Source: Methanobacteriota archaeon
GTDB taxonomy: Archaea; Thermoplasmatota; E2; DHVEG-1
Reading direction: 5' to 3'
Assembly (NCBI GenBank): GCA_026394495.1
Contig: JAPKYE010000009.1
Span: forward strand, 262-64,261
DNA length: 64,000 nucleotides
Shown: positions 49,728 to 60,643 of the stretch, piece after piece
Layout of the letters: every line of letters begins with the position of its first letter
Numbering within the stretch: the stretch's first letter is position 1
Made by a program: the position numbers and the translations under genes
Notes under the pieces: model-generated
Seen by the model: only the letters and a program-made list of their open reading frames with translations
Database searches by the model: none
What the model was told of the DNA's origin: nothing

Positions 49728-50768
49728 GTGATTATGACGGAGCTGGCTGTTCTTGCGAAATATCCTTTTCTTAACGATACTAAAGAGTACATTAAATCTA
49801 TTGGTCTCTCTGTTGAGGAGTTGCTAAGTCATCCGTTGTATGAGAGGGCGCGTACGATTGGGATAGAACGCTTGGATAATGCGTTAAAAAATACGGATGT
49901 CGGTGATTCTTGTGTTGTGACGGATTCTGATTGTATGATGGTGGTTCTTTCGTATCCGATTGCGCGGATGGTTGCTGTTTGTGTTGGTGACACGTATTTC
50001 AAAAAACGATATGCGTTAGGGGAGGCATATTGTGCTTATCGGAACCTTCTTGATGAATCATCCTTGTTTCTATTGGATGCAGCAAAAGAACTTGGTCTTC
50101 ATGCGGGGTCTATTGAAGAGAAACAGCAGATTCGGCTATACTTTAAGGATTATCTGCGATTTGCGCCTACGCATTATAAGGAATGGAACATGACGAATAG
50201 AACGATTGATCGTGGGTTTGTCACGGTCTCGCAGAAAGATCTTGCACGTATCATTCTTGAGGTTTTGCGTAAACGTATCAACGATGAACTTGATGCCCGC
50301 GAATGTGATCCTCTTGCAATTCGTATGTTTTCCGAGGATATCAAACGTTTTCAGAATATTGTCAGTATGCAGAAGAAAAAAATGGAGGCAGCACCGGTTG
50401 GAAAACTTAGTGTCGAGAAGCTTCCACCCTGTATGAAGTATATTCTTGCGGCGATTCAGGCTGGGGAAAACGTGCCGCATATGGGTAGGTTTGCTCTGGT
50501 GGCTTTTCTTCATTCGTTGAAACTTAGTCCTAATGAGATCTTGAAGTTGTTCAGTACTGCACCTGATTACGAAGAGGATAAAACACGGTATCAGGTTGAG
50601 CATATCTCTGGAAAAACGTCGTCTACTGAGTATAAGTCTCCAGGGTGTGATAAGATGCGTACGTATGGGATTTGTCCGCAGGAGAAAATCGATGAGCTTT
50701 GTAGAAGGGTTCATCATCCAGCGAGTTATTATAGTGCGAAATGGCGGCAGGAGAAAGAGAAGACATGA
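49728..50768 (+). CDS. priL: DNA primase large subunit (PriL-like) with C-terminal Fe-S domain
   Basis: LPPCMKYIL motif and C-terminal cysteines (GCDK...GICPQ...CRR). ~346 aa. Confidence 0.6.
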   Translation: MIMTELAVLAKYPFLNDTKEYIKSIGLSVEELLSHPLYERARTIGIERLDNALKNTDVGDSCVVTDSDCMMVVLSYPIARMVAVCVGDTYFKKRYALGEAYCAYRNLLDESSLFLLDAAKELGLHAGSIEEKQQIRLYFKDYLRFAPTHYKEWNMTNRTIDRGFVTVSQKDLARIILEVLRKRINDELDARECDPLAIRMFSEDIKRFQNIVSMQKKKMEAAPVGKLSVEKLPPCMKYILAAIQAGENVPHMGRFALVAFLHSLKLSPNEILKLFSTAPDYEEDKTRYQVEHISGKTSSTEYKSPGCDKMRTYGICPQEKIDELCRRVHHPASYYSAKWRQEKEKT

Positions 50769-51352
50769 AGCATTTTGTGACGTTTGAGGGTATTGATGGT
50801 TCTGGGAAATCAACGGTGTCTAAACTTGTGTATGAGCGCTTGATTGCAGATGGTTTGGATGCGGTGCTGACTACGGAGCCAACTGATTCTCTTGTTGGTA
50901 GATTTGTGAAGCAATGTATTCAGACGCAGAATGATCCGTTTGTGACCTCGTTTGCTTTTGTAGCTGATCGTATGGATCATTGTCGATTGATTAGGCAATG
51001 GTTGAATGAAAAAAAGATTGTTCTCTGTGATCGTTATGATGAGTCAACGTTTGCGTATCAGGCTGCGCAGCTGGATGGGACAATTGAGGATCCTATCAGA
51101 TGGCTCAAGGAGCTTTCTAATAATCGTATAATTGTTCCAGATAGAACGTTTCTTTTTGTGCTTTCTCCAGCGGATGCACTCGCTAGAATTCAGCATCGGG
51201 AATCGTTGATTCCTTTTGAGCGGCAGGCTTTTTTGGAAAAGGTGAACAAGTACTATCTTAAGGTTTGTAAGGGACGACGATTCAAAAAGATCGATGCAAT
51301 GGAGTCAGTTGAAATACTTGTTGATTTCTGTTATCATGATATTGTCGACTAA
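50765..51352 (+). CDS. tmk: thymidylate kinase
   Basis: MKHFVTFEGIDGSGKST P-loop. The ATG at 50765 overlaps the priL stop (ATGA). Confidence 0.85.
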   Translation: MKHFVTFEGIDGSGKSTVSKLVYERLIADGLDAVLTTEPTDSLVGRFVKQCIQTQNDPFVTSFAFVADRMDHCRLIRQWLNEKKIVLCDRYDESTFAYQAAQLDGTIEDPIRWLKELSNNRIIVPDRTFLFVLSPADALARIQHRESLIPFERQAFLEKVNKYYLKVCKGRRFKKIDAMESVEILVDFCYHDIVD

Positions 51353-51403
51353 TCCTTTTATACACCATCTGTTTTTCTCTTTTAGGGAATACATGAATGA
51401 GGT

Positions 51404-52057
51404 TTGTTTGTGATTCGAAGGTTCAAATATGTTTTGTTTGATATGGACAACACATTGCTTAAAGATCTTGTGGTTTCTGTTGTTGCTACACAGAAAGGAT
51501 TCACAAAGAAACTAGATGCACTCCTTGAAAGTTCAATAGTATCTCATGAAAAAAACAAAGAAATAGCTCTTCTGATGAAAGGGATGAGCTGTGGCGAGCT
51601 CCTTGATATTTTTAGAACAATCCCCATCCAGGATTATGCAGAGGACGTAATCATTGCTTTAAAGAAAAAAGGGATTCGCACAGGGATCGCTACAAATAGC
51701 TATTTGTTTCTCGCTGAAGACTTACGGAGGCGCTTGGGGGTTGATGACGTGTATGGAAACACGCTTGTTGTAAGAAATGGAGTGATCACTGGTGAGTTAC
51801 TGTTGCATAACACGTCTCTAGAAAAAAAATTTGATGGATGTCGGATGCACCCGATTTGTAAACGATCTATTGTTAATCGTATCTGCGAAGCATACAAGAT
51901 ATCACCCGGGGAAGTGATAGCGGTCGGTGACGGACGAATCGACATCTGTATGTTAGAAACAGCGGGGTTGGGAGTTGCATTTAATGCTTCATTTGAGGTT
52001 CAGCAGCATGCTGATATCAGCACCAATGATCTGCGGGTGATTCTAAAGTATATTTAG
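51404..52057 (+). CDS. HAD-superfamily hydrolase (phosphoserine-phosphatase-like)
   Basis: Motif I FDMDNTL and later GDGRID (motif IV-like). Confidence 0.6.
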   Translation: MFVIRRFKYVLFDMDNTLLKDLVVSVVATQKGFTKKLDALLESSIVSHEKNKEIALLMKGMSCGELLDIFRTIPIQDYAEDVIIALKKKGIRTGIATNSYLFLAEDLRRRLGVDDVYGNTLVVRNGVITGELLLHNTSLEKKFDGCRMHPICKRSIVNRICEAYKISPGEVIAVGDGRIDICMLETAGLGVAFNASFEVQQHADISTNDLRVILKYI

Positions 52058-53379
52058 GTTGGTTTGTGGTAGATTCCGTTTTTGAGTTTGTTGTTGTGAT
52101 AGGCGTCGTAGGCGGTAAGATCGAAATCGCCATGTCCGCTGTTTGTAAACAGAATGATTTTTTTCTCTTTTTTCTTTTTGCAGATTCGTGCAAAGTCGAT
52201 TGCTGCACGGATGGCATGTGCGGATTCCGGGGCGACGATGAATCCTTCGGTTTGTGCAAAGATCATCGCTGCCTCAAAAATCTCTTCTTGGTTGTATGCT
52301 AAAGCCTCCATGTATCCTTCTTTGGTGAGTTTTGAGAGTAGTGGTGAATCGCCATGATATCTGAGGCCACCTGCGTGAATCGCAGCGGGAACAAACGTAT
52401 GTCCTAGAGTATACATTTTTAGAAGTGGTGTGAGACCTACGCTGTCGCCGTAATCATATCGGTATTCTCCTTGTGTTAATGTGGGGCAGGCAAGTGGTTC
52501 AACTGAGACAACCTTTAGGTCAGGTTTTTTTCCTCGTATTTTATCTTGAATGAATGGAAAGCTTGTCCCGGAGAAGTTGCTTCCGCCTCCGACACATCCA
52601 CAGATGATATTTGGGTATTCATCGAGCATTTGGAACTGTTTTTTTAGTTCCAGGCCTATGATGGTTTGATGGAGTACGACATGATTTAAAACTGATCCAA
52701 GGGCATAGTGGGTGTTGTCATGGGTCGCTGCATCTTCTACTGCTTCACTGATGGCGATACCAAGACTTCCTTGGGTATGGGGGTTTTTTTTGAGGATTTG
52801 TCTTCCTACGTTCGTATGTTTTGTAGGACTTGGGAATACTTCTGCACCCCATGTCTCCATAAGGATTCTGCGGTATGGTTTTTGTTCGTAGCTGCATTTC
52901 ACCATGTAGACGCGACATTGAAGATCAAAGAGGCGGCAGCTGAATGCAAGTGCTGATCCCCATTGTCCTGCGCCGGTTTCGGTGACGAGGCGTTCGACGC
53001 CTTCTTTTTTGTTGTAGTATGCTTGAGGGACTGCGGAGTTGGGTTTGTGGCTTCCTGGTGGGCTTACGCCTTCCCATTTGTAGTAGATTTTAGCGGGTGT
53101 TTTAAGGTATTCTTCTAAGCGTTTTGCTCGGTAGAGTGGTGTTGGTCTCCAGATGCGGTAGATTTCTCGTACTTCGGTTGGGATGGGTATGTATCGTTCT
53201 CTGCTCATCTCTTGTTTGATGAGTTCCATGGGAAATATTCTTTTCAGATCATCTGGTCCTGCTGGTTTTTTTGTTTTTGGGTTCAAGGGGGGATCTAAGG
53301 GTGTTTTGAGGTCTGCTTGTATGTTGTACCATGTTTTGGGGATGTCGTTTTCATCGAGGAGTATTTTTGTTCTTTGCAT
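52054..53379 (-). CDS. trpB2: TrpB2-type tryptophan synthase beta-like PLP enzyme
   Basis: Long form with the IP.TWYN N-terminal extension, PLP-lysine region [16 protein letters not shown], and C-terminal GGGSN-like [10 protein letters not shown]. Start set at the internal Met (ATG at 53379) so the promoter palindromes lie outside the CDS. Confidence 0.75.
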   Translation of the reverse strand: MQRTKILLDENDIPKTWYNIQADLKTPLDPPLNPKTKKPAGPDDLKRIFPMELIKQEMSRERYIPIPTEVREIYRIWRPTPLYRAKRLEEYLKTPAKIYYKWEGVSPPGSHKPNSAVPQAYYNKKEGVERLVTETGAGQWGSALAFSCRLFDLQCRVYMVKCSYEQKPYRRILMETWGAEVFPSPTKHTNVGRQILKKNPHTQGSLGIAISEAVEDAATHDNTHYALGSVLNHVVLHQTIIGLELKKQFQMLDEYPNIICGCVGGGSNFSGTSFPFIQDKIRGKKPDLKVVSVEPLACPTLTQGEYRYDYGDSVGLTPLLKMYTLGHTFVPAAIHAGGLRYHGDSPLLSKLTKEGYMEALAYNQEEIFEAAMIFAQTEGFIVAPESAHAIRAAIDFARICKKKKEKKIILFTNSGHGDFDLTAYDAYHNNKLKNGIYHKPT

Positions 53380-53419
53380 AAAATATATTATGGTTTTACG
53401 ACTATATAAATATTTCCTA

Positions 53420-53460
53420 AATTGTACATTATAGTACAATTTTGTACATTAATGGACAAT
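53420..53460. promoter_or_regulatory. two adjacent TTGTAC-N6-GTACAA palindromes (putative operator) between divergent trpB2 and the ACT-regulator gene
   Basis: AATTGTAC-ATTATA-GTACAATT (perfect 8-bp arms) followed by TTGTAC-ATTAAT-GGACAA (one mismatch). Confidence 0.4.
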
Positions 53461-53495
53461 ATTTAAATACTATGAAAACAGTATAAATTATCGAT

Positions 53496-53996
53496 ATGTG
53501 GAACACCATCGCGAAATATTTTACCAAATACCCAAAAAGAGCAAAAATAGCACAAAAAATGCTTGAATACGGATTAAAAATCAAAGATGATAAAATATAC
53601 TGTGCAGACATAGAGCTCTCAGATTCAAAAATCGCACGAGCATTCGATGTCGACCGACGAGCAATCACCGCAACAATCGAAGTGATTACTACACATCATG
53701 AATTACAAATAATCTTTTCCAAACTTAGACCCACCTGTCATCTTAAAGATGTCGCAGCACACATGAACTGGGGCGTCATCGAAATCATCCCCAAAGATCC
53801 AAGTATGCCCGGGATACTCTCCGCGGTCGCAAGCATCATTGCAGAACATAACATAAGCATTCGACAAGCAATCGTCGATGATTTTGAATTAGCCGAAGAA
53901 CCACGGTTATTTATCGTAACAGAAAAACAGATACCCGGAAGCGTTATCCCAAAGATACGCGACGCCAAAGGAGTCAAAGCCGTCCTTATTTACTAA
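53496..53996 (+). CDS. putative amino-acid-responsive regulator (N-terminal HTH-like plus C-terminal ACT-like domain)
   Basis: Size and domain order. The C-terminal GILSAVASIIAEHNISI is an ACT-like beta-alpha-beta core. Confidence 0.4.
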   Translation: MWNTIAKYFTKYPKRAKIAQKMLEYGLKIKDDKIYCADIELSDSKIARAFDVDRRAITATIEVITTHHELQIIFSKLRPTCHLKDVAAHMNWGVIEIIPKDPSMPGILSAVASIIAEHNISIRQAIVDDFELAEEPRLFIVTEKQIPGSVIPKIRDAKGVKAVLIY

Positions 53997-54096
53997 AAAA
54001 CAAGCGTAGTAAATTTTTTTTTTCATCAGAAACAATACTTGATGATGCCAAAAATAAGCAAGCGGAAAAAAAAATAAAATAAATAAAAAAAGTAGA

Positions 54097-55206
54097 TTAT
54101 GCGATCGTTATCTCTTTATTCAGATACACATCTTGTATCGCATGTAATAGTCGTATTCCGTCTTCCATCGGTTTCTGGAATGCTTTTCGCCCGGAGATAA
54201 GTCCTGTGCCGCCAGCGCGTTTGTTGATGACTGCGGTTCGTACGGCTTGTTCGACATCATTGCTTCCTGAGGGACCACCGGAGTTAATCAACCCGATTCG
54301 TCCCATGTAACAATTCATCACTTGATACCTGGTTAAATCAATGGGATGATCGGTCATTAGATCTGTATATGCTTTGTTGTCTGTTTTTCCATATTTCACA
54401 GAACCCTTGTTTAACGCTAGATACCCGCCATTCGTCGTAGGAAGTTTTTGTTTTACGATATCAGCCTCAATCGTTGCACCTAAGTGATTTGCCTGGCCAG
54501 TGAGATCCGCGGCCTCATGATAATCCTTTCCGTCAACCTTAAACCCTGAGTTACGAAGATAACACCAAAGAATCGTAGCCATCCCAAGTTCATGCGCATA
54601 TTTGAACGCCTGGCTGACTTCTTGGATCTGCCGTGTTGATTCCGGGGAACCAAAATAAATTGTGCAGCCGACTGCTGCTGCCCCCAGGTCCCATGCTTGT
54701 TCAACATCTGCAAACATGATCTGGTCAAACCCATTTGGGTACGTCATCAGTTCGTTATGGTTGATTTTCACAATAAACGGGATGCGATGCGCGTATTTTC
54801 GGGAGACTGTACCAAGACATCCAAGTGTTGATGCGACTGCATTACATCCACCTAGGACTGCAAGTTTCACGATGTTCTCTGGATCAAAATACATAGGATT
54901 TGGGGTAAATGATGCTACTGCGGAATGTTCAATGCCCTGATCGACAGGAAGAATTGATACGTATCCGGTTTTCCCAAGGCGACCATGATCGTATATTGAT
55001 TTCAGATTCCGAAGAACCTGCTCCGGTCGATCTGTTGATTCAAAAATCCGTTCGACAAAATCAGGGCCAGGGAGATGTAAGTTTTCTTTGCGGATTTTTT
55101 CGCATTTATGATTTAACAGAGAATCCGCATCTGCTCCTAGGTATTCTCGTATGATTTCAATATCATTACTTTCTTCGCGTTGCATAATCTCCTCTAATTC
55201 AACCAT
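54097..55206 (-). CDS. fbaB: class I fructose-bisphosphate aldolase, long FbaB/DhnA type
   Basis: [26 protein letters not shown] blocks. Full-length colinearity with bacterial FbaB as recalled from memory. Confidence 0.75.
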   Translation of the reverse strand: MVELEEIMQREESNDIEIIREYLGADADSLLNHKCEKIRKENLHLPGPDFVERIFESTDRPEQVLRNLKSIYDHGRLGKTGYVSILPVDQGIEHSAVASFTPNPMYFDPENIVKLAVLGGCNAVASTLGCLGTVSRKYAHRIPFIVKINHNELMTYPNGFDQIMFADVEQAWDLGAAAVGCTIYFGSPESTRQIQEVSQAFKYAHELGMATILWCYLRNSGFKVDGKDYHEAADLTGQANHLGATIEADIVKQKLPTTNGGYLALNKGSVKYGKTDNKAYTDLMTDHPIDLTRYQVMNCYMGRIGLINSGGPSGSNDVEQAVRTAVINKRAGGTGLISGRKAFQKPMEDGIRLLHAIQDVYLNKEITIA

Positions 55207-55274
55207 TTATCTCAACCCTTTATCTAAAAAAGAGAACGAGTTCGAAGACAAAAAGCTTTCCTATGTAGAAGATA

Positions 55275-56252
55275 CTAGAGTGTTACTTTCTGAAGGCGTT
55301 CACCTAGTTTTTCGATCATATCCTTAGTCATTGTTTGTAGATTGTAGCTAGGTTTCCATCCCCATTCTTTCCGTGCAGCACTGTCATCGATGGATTTTGG
55401 CCAGGAGTCTGCTATTGCTTGTCGGAAATCAGGTTTGTAGTCGCATTTGAACTCAGGGATGTGTTTCTGGATTTCTGCCGTAAGTTCACCAACTGAGAAG
55501 CTCATCGAGGCGAGATTGAAATCGCAATGATGTTTGAGTTTACTGAAATCTGCTTCCATAACATCAAGGGTTGCTTTCAGGCAATCAGGCATATACATCA
55601 TTGGCAGTACCGTATCTTTTTTAACAAAACAGGTGTACTTCTTGTTCTTTATTGCTTCGTAGAAAATCGCAACCGCGTAATCGGTAGTCCCGCCGCCAGG
55701 GAGTGTTTCGCTGCTGATAATACCGGGGTACCGTACACCGCGGACATCTAAATTGAATCGCTTGCAATAATAATCACTGAGGAGTTCACCAGCAACTTTG
55801 GTTACACCATACATGGTTTTTGGTTTCAATACGGTTTCTTGAGGGGTATTTTCTCGTGGTGTCTCCGGGCCAAACGCTGCGATTGAACTGGGAACAAAGA
55901 TGCGAGTCATCTCTTTTTCACGGGCGATCTCTAAAATATTGTACAACCCGTTGATATTCACATCCCAGCAGATCATCGGTTTTTGTTCTCCTACTACCGA
56001 AAGGATCGCGGACATGTTATAGATCGTATCAATATCATACTGGTCGATAATTTTTTCTACCGTTTCCCTCTTGGTGATGTCTATAAATTCAAAAGGACCT
56101 GAGTTCAATAGCGTGTCACTTGGCTGGGTTTTTCTCCCTGTTGCGATCACGTTGTCATTGCCATATTTTTTTCTTAGTTCTGTCGTCAATTCTGAACCAA
56201 TCTGGCCTACTGCTCCGGTGATAAGAATTTTTTTTGTCTTTTTTTGTGCCAT
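55275..56252 (-). CDS. extended-SDR NAD-dependent epimerase/dehydrogenase (L-threonine 3-dehydrogenase-like)
   Basis: ILITGAVGQIGSEL Rossmann motif and YGVTK catalytic Y..K. Confidence 0.55.
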   Translation of the reverse strand: MAQKKTKKILITGAVGQIGSELTTELRKKYGNDNVIATGRKTQPSDTLLNSGPFEFIDITKRETVEKIIDQYDIDTIYNMSAILSVVGEQKPMICWDVNINGLYNILEIAREKEMTRIFVPSSIAAFGPETPRENTPQETVLKPKTMYGVTKVAGELLSDYYCKRFNLDVRGVRYPGIISSETLPGGGTTDYAVAIFYEAIKNKKYTCFVKKDTVLPMMYMPDCLKATLDVMEADFSKLKHHCDFNLASMSFSVGELTAEIQKHIPEFKCDYKPDFRQAIADSWPKSIDDSAARKEWGWKPSYNLQTMTKDMIEKLGERLQKVTL

Positions 56253-56294
56253 ATGAAAATCTCCAATCTGGTATTATTCATCCCTATAGATACT

Positions 56295-59200
56295 TTACTG
56301 TTCACCACTGTATTCTCTGTCTTCAGTGACGCCATCTAATTTTTTTGGCGGGCCTGGGTGGATGATGTATCCTTTTCGTTTTTTACGCCAGTGTGCCCAT
56401 CGAGCCAGCATGAGCGGTAAGACAACAATGGAAGTGATTAACGCATAGATGAGTGTGAGTGCAGTAATGATTCCAAACTGTTGTAAAGGTGGGATAGGAG
56501 CTAGCACAAGCACACCAAAGCCAAATATGGAACTTAAAGCAGCGATAAATATAGCGCTCCCTGTTCGTGAGATTGCTTCAGAGACAGCAGTTGTTACATT
56601 ACCTGTCTGATCAGCAGTAAATCTGAACCGCTCCACGATATAACACGCATAGTCAATACCAACACCAATAGTGATACATGTAACCATAATTGTCAAAACA
56701 TTCAATGAATATCCAATAAAATACATTGTTCCAAGCACCCAGAGTATGGAGACTGTGACTGGAATCATTGCAATAAGACCAAGTATCGGGTTTCGATAGA
56801 TCAAAGACAACATGATAAATGCGAGAATAAAACACATAATGGTAGAGGAAATTTGGCTTTCCACCAAATTTTCCATGATGGTTAAAGTGATGAGCATGTT
56901 CCCTGTAACAATAACTGATACATCCCCATAACTGGTAAGATCATCTTCTAGTTCTTCATTTAGTACTTTCAATTGTTTTGTGAGATCTCCACTCTCTGAA
57001 CCAGCACCAGTATTAACCCTAATTATTGTTGCCGTATATTTGTCTTGATCTTTGTAGAGAATGCCCTGTACTTGCATCCTATAATCAGCGCTGTCATACA
57101 GATAATCATATAACTCGTATACATCTTCGTCAGATTTCGGCAGATTCGTTGATTCATCGATATTATATGCAGTAATTAGGGATTGATTATTGGCGACTGC
57201 TTGTTGGATGATGGTATGTATACTTTCAGTTTTTGTGCTACCATCAGTTTTTCGTGTCACATATTGATCGTCATTAATATTTTTATGAGTAGTTGTAAGT
57301 CCTTGTAGTGTCTGTACCGTTGCAACATTTCCCTCAAGTAGAATGTATTCTTGATCCTGACTTGAAAAGGGAAAATCTTCGTTTATCTTGCTTAAGATGG
57401 TGATTGCAGGATTATCTTGTGGCATGAATTTATTCATGTCAAACTCTGATTTCAGTTGCGAAATACCTGTACCCATGATTATACAAATGAGAATTGTCAC
57501 AACAAAGACTTTTTTCTCATGACGAATAAGAATTTGTGCAAGGTGCCCCATGACATTTTGTCCTGAAAAGATCTGTTTCTTTTGTTTTACTTTTATTTCC
57601 TTCTTCTTTCTATCAACAATATATCGCAGTGCGGGTAGGAACGTCATGCTGATGATGAAGGTATAGGTGATACCAAGGGCTAAAAAGATCCCAAAGGTTT
57701 GTATTGGGGGGATACTAGCTGTAAGAAATGAAAGGAACGCAATAGCTGTCGTGAACCATGCGAGAAAAATAGCTACTCCCACTTCTTTTATTGATAGTCG
57801 TATTGCCTCTGCGGCGGTTCTCCCCTTACTTAATTCCGTTCTATAATTGTACAAAAGGTTAACTGCATATTCTACCCCCAATCCTATATTGAGAGGAAGC
57901 AACGCAACAAAAATGATGTTAAAAGAAAAACCTAGTAAGGCCATCGAACCAAACAACCAAATGCACGAAAAAGCAAAAACTATGATTGGTAGAAACATAT
58001 AGGATGGTCTCCTGAAAGCGAGGAACAGAACGCAGAGAATCATAATAAAAATGGAGGGTCCAATGATGGTCATTGAGTCCATGCTCGCTTCTTCCATCTG
58101 GGTACTAATGATACTTTCACCGGTTACTTGTACTGATATTGATTCAAATTTAGTGTCAAATTCTTTGATTTCATTGATGATATTGTTGTTGGTACTTTCG
58201 TCACTTGTGCTGTCCAGTTGAATGATAATGATGCTGGCTTTTGGAGTTTTTGTCTGTTCATAATCTTTTGAAATGAATGAGAGCGCGTTCACCCGTAAAT
58301 CGTTGAATAATTGGGGAATCATGGGAAATATGGTGGTTGAAACACCGCTGTCCGGTGCGTTGTCTGTATAGGTCCATGTTTGTTCTAAATCTTTCAATGA
58401 AAATGTATCAGGGAGCATTTCAGTCATGCCTGAAAAGTCATCTACATTAATGTCGTACTTCTGTAACATCCGCGAGACGAATGCACCAAGTATTGGTCTC
58501 TGCTGGAGTCGCTCAATACGATCAAATAAATAACTCGTGTTTATTACAATACGTCCGCCAGGTCGATTCAGCAGTGGGGTCTGATAATATCTTATACCTG
58601 CAGTGAAATTGGAAAGTTTAGCTGGTAATTCAAAAGAGCTGTAGTGAGGAGCTATTCCAAATTTTCCAAGTTCATCTTTTGGTACAATGATGTTGATTCT
58701 ATTGTTGTTGAAATCAAAGGTAATGTTTGCTGTGTCAATAGCTATTGGGAAAAACATTTCCTGCCCGGGTGGTTCAATCCATAGATAAACGTCGTTTTTA
58801 TACGATGGGGATAATGTGTGATTTCTGATGCTTTGGATAATATGCTTTATATTTCCAGATAATCCACTTCCTATTTCCCAAACAGAAGTAGCTGGTTGAA
58901 TGCGTGCAGCTATCTGATATTTCATACTGTATTCTGGAGGGGTTAACAAGTTTTCAAATTCTATGTACCACTCCATAGTACTAACTCTTGATAATGGTGG
59001 TTTATTTGTTGATTTAAAATATGAAAGGTCATATACTTCTATGGAAAAAGTTATAGTATCATTATCTTTTGATATATAGTAATTTTTTATGTCCGTACTA
59101 TCAGCTGATTTTCCTTTTGAAATATGTGGATGAATATTGTAATCTACGGGTTCATTTGGATCAGCGGTGTTTAAAATGTTTGTTTCCAATTGAGTAGACT

Positions 59201-59621
59201 CGTTTAATAGATCGTTTAATGCAATTTCGATCTGATTATCTGTGCAGTTTTCCAAAGATTTGTAAAATTCCATCTGACAAACAGTGTCTACGAAGGTAGT
59301 AATTGCGACGGTACTGTTAACACCTGGAAGTTTTTCAATTTCTTTTTGGATTTTGTACTGGTCTCGCAACGCTTGTGGGGTGATGGTGCTATCTTCTTGC
59401 TGTTTTTCCACAAAGGCAAGCAAGACCTGTTTACTCATACCAAAATAGTCAGATATTCTATTGTTTGCTTTAACAAGTTCATTATCTGGAGCAAAATTTT
59501 CGAAATTTGTTTTGAATTGAAGGCCGGGGATGAAGATTGAAAAACCTATTGTTACTATGATGACTAGTGTAACGACAAGCCATGGTTTTTTCTGGATGAT
59601 TGATCCTAGCGTTGATAACAC
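56295..59621 (-). CDS. RND-superfamily (MMPL-type) exporter with a large extracytoplasmic domain
   Basis: N-terminal TM, ~480-aa external domain, then two 6-TM bundles (SSD-like). Confidence 0.7.
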   Translation of the reverse strand: MLSTLGSIIQKKPWLVVTLVIIVTIGFSIFIPGLQFKTNFENFAPDNELVKANNRISDYFGMSKQVLLAFVEKQQEDSTITPQALRDQYKIQKEIEKLPGVNSTVAITTFVDTVCQMEFYKSLENCTDNQIEIALNDLLNESTQLETNILNTADPNEPVDYNIHPHISKGKSADSTDIKNYYISKDNDTITFSIEVYDLSYFKSTNKPPLSRVSTMEWYIEFENLLTPPEYSMKYQIAARIQPATSVWEIGSGLSGNIKHIIQSIRNHTLSPSYKNDVYLWIEPPGQEMFFPIAIDTANITFDFNNNRINIIVPKDELGKFGIAPHYSSFELPAKLSNFTAGIRYYQTPLLNRPGGRIVINTSYLFDRIERLQQRPILGAFVSRMLQKYDINVDDFSGMTEMLPDTFSLKDLEQTWTYTDNAPDSGVSTTIFPMIPQLFNDLRVNALSFISKDYEQTKTPKASIIIIQLDSTSDESTNNNIINEIKEFDTKFESISVQVTGESIISTQMEEASMDSMTIIGPSIFIMILCVLFLAFRRPSYMFLPIIVFAFSCIWLFGSMALLGFSFNIIFVALLPLNIGLGVEYAVNLLYNYRTELSKGRTAAEAIRLSIKEVGVAIFLAWFTTAIAFLSFLTASIPPIQTFGIFLALGITYTFIISMTFLPALRYIVDRKKKEIKVKQKKQIFSGQNVMGHLAQILIRHEKKVFVVTILICIIMGTGISQLKSEFDMNKFMPQDNPAITILSKINEDFPFSSQDQEYILLEGNVATVQTLQGLTTTHKNINDDQYVTRKTDGSTKTESIHTIIQQAVANNQSLITAYNIDESTNLPKSDEDVYELYDYLYDSADYRMQVQGILYKDQDKYTATIIRVNTGAGSESGDLTKQLKVLNEELEDDLTSYGDVSVIVTGNMLITLTIMENLVESQISSTIMCFILAFIMLSLIYRNPILGLIAMIPVTVSILWVLGTMYFIGYSLNVLTIMVTCITIGVGIDYACYIVERFRFTADQTGNVTTAVSEAISRTGSAIFIAALSSIFGFGVLVLAPIPPLQQFGIITALTLIYALITSIVVLPLMLARWAHWRKKRKGYIIHPGPPKKLDGVTEDREYSGEQ

Positions 59622-59779
59622 TATATTCGCCTCTTAGTGATAATGATTAAGTAATATATTTGTGGCTGCATTATATAAAACATATATTAATATTTTCTAT
59701 ATATTTATATTTTCTTCAGAGGTATATAAAAAAGAGGTTCTTCCTTTTAAAGAAGAATCTAAGGTTAATTTTGTATGAT

Positions 59780-60490
59780 TTAGTAGGTATTTGATTCAAG
59801 ATATATCATGATCACACCCGTATGTGGTCCTTCTGAGTCAACTGATTCGGGGATGTTAAGCGTGACTTGTACCCATACGAAATCTGATTCATCGCTGATT
59901 GCGTTGGTATTGTTTTCTGAGAATCTCACATGTGTGGTTTCATCCCAGGATGTGGGGATCGTATAAATTAGCCTATCAGATATGTTGGAACACATGTTAG
60001 ATGGATCACTGTCTCCGGCAGCAAGGGTCCACGCTGTGGTATTTGCTGGATGTACCGTTGTTCCATTGTCGTACATAAGGACACTGCTGTTATCAGTAGC
60101 GTTATCTGCAGCATTTGCGGATCGGTTTCCATGAAGCCATATCTGCATGTATGTTTCGTTAAGGGATGTTACGGTAATGTGGGTTATATTAAGCGAAAAG
60201 ACTTCTTCGTTGACGATTCCAAAGGCTGCGCTAAAGGAGACGTTTGTGTTTGTTGAGTAGTTTCCAAGAATAATCGTTAAACTTACGTTTGTGCTGTTGC
60301 TTCCTATGATTCGGAGGACACGGACGCCATCGGTGGAGTTATCGGATCCAATGTATCTGATACCTGCGTCACTTGGATGTACGATGGTGTATTCATACTG
60401 TACTTTGGTGATTGCGTATTGGGTTGCAAAAACCATAGTGACGACTAGGGTGAGAATACCAAGGATGAGCCAGCGTCTGTTTATTTTCAT
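59780..60490 (-). CDS. secreted protein, intact stand-alone paralog of the N-terminal domain of the frameshifted surface protein
   Basis: Colinear with 16810-17454 and continues through SDFVWVQVTLNIPESVDSEGPHTGV, which reappears in the +1 frame ORF at 17396. Confidence 0.55.
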   Translation of the reverse strand: MKINRRWLILGILTLVVTMVFATQYAITKVQYEYTIVHPSDAGIRYIGSDNSTDGVRVLRIIGSNSTNVSLTIILGNYSTNTNVSFSAAFGIVNEEVFSLNITHITVTSLNETYMQIWLHGNRSANAADNATDNSSVLMYDNGTTVHPANTTAWTLAAGDSDPSNMCSNISDRLIYTIPTSWDETTHVRFSENNTNAISDESDFVWVQVTLNIPESVDSEGPHTGVIMIYLESNTY

Positions 60491-60643
60491 GATAACCTCT
60501 CCTCACATGTCTAATGTTATCATGATTACTTCTGACAAAAATGGTATTTAAAGCTATGGTGGAAAACTATCAAAATGGAAAAATACCAATAACAAATCTA
60601 CGACACAAATACAATCCAAAGAATCAATAAAAAATATCTGTTA

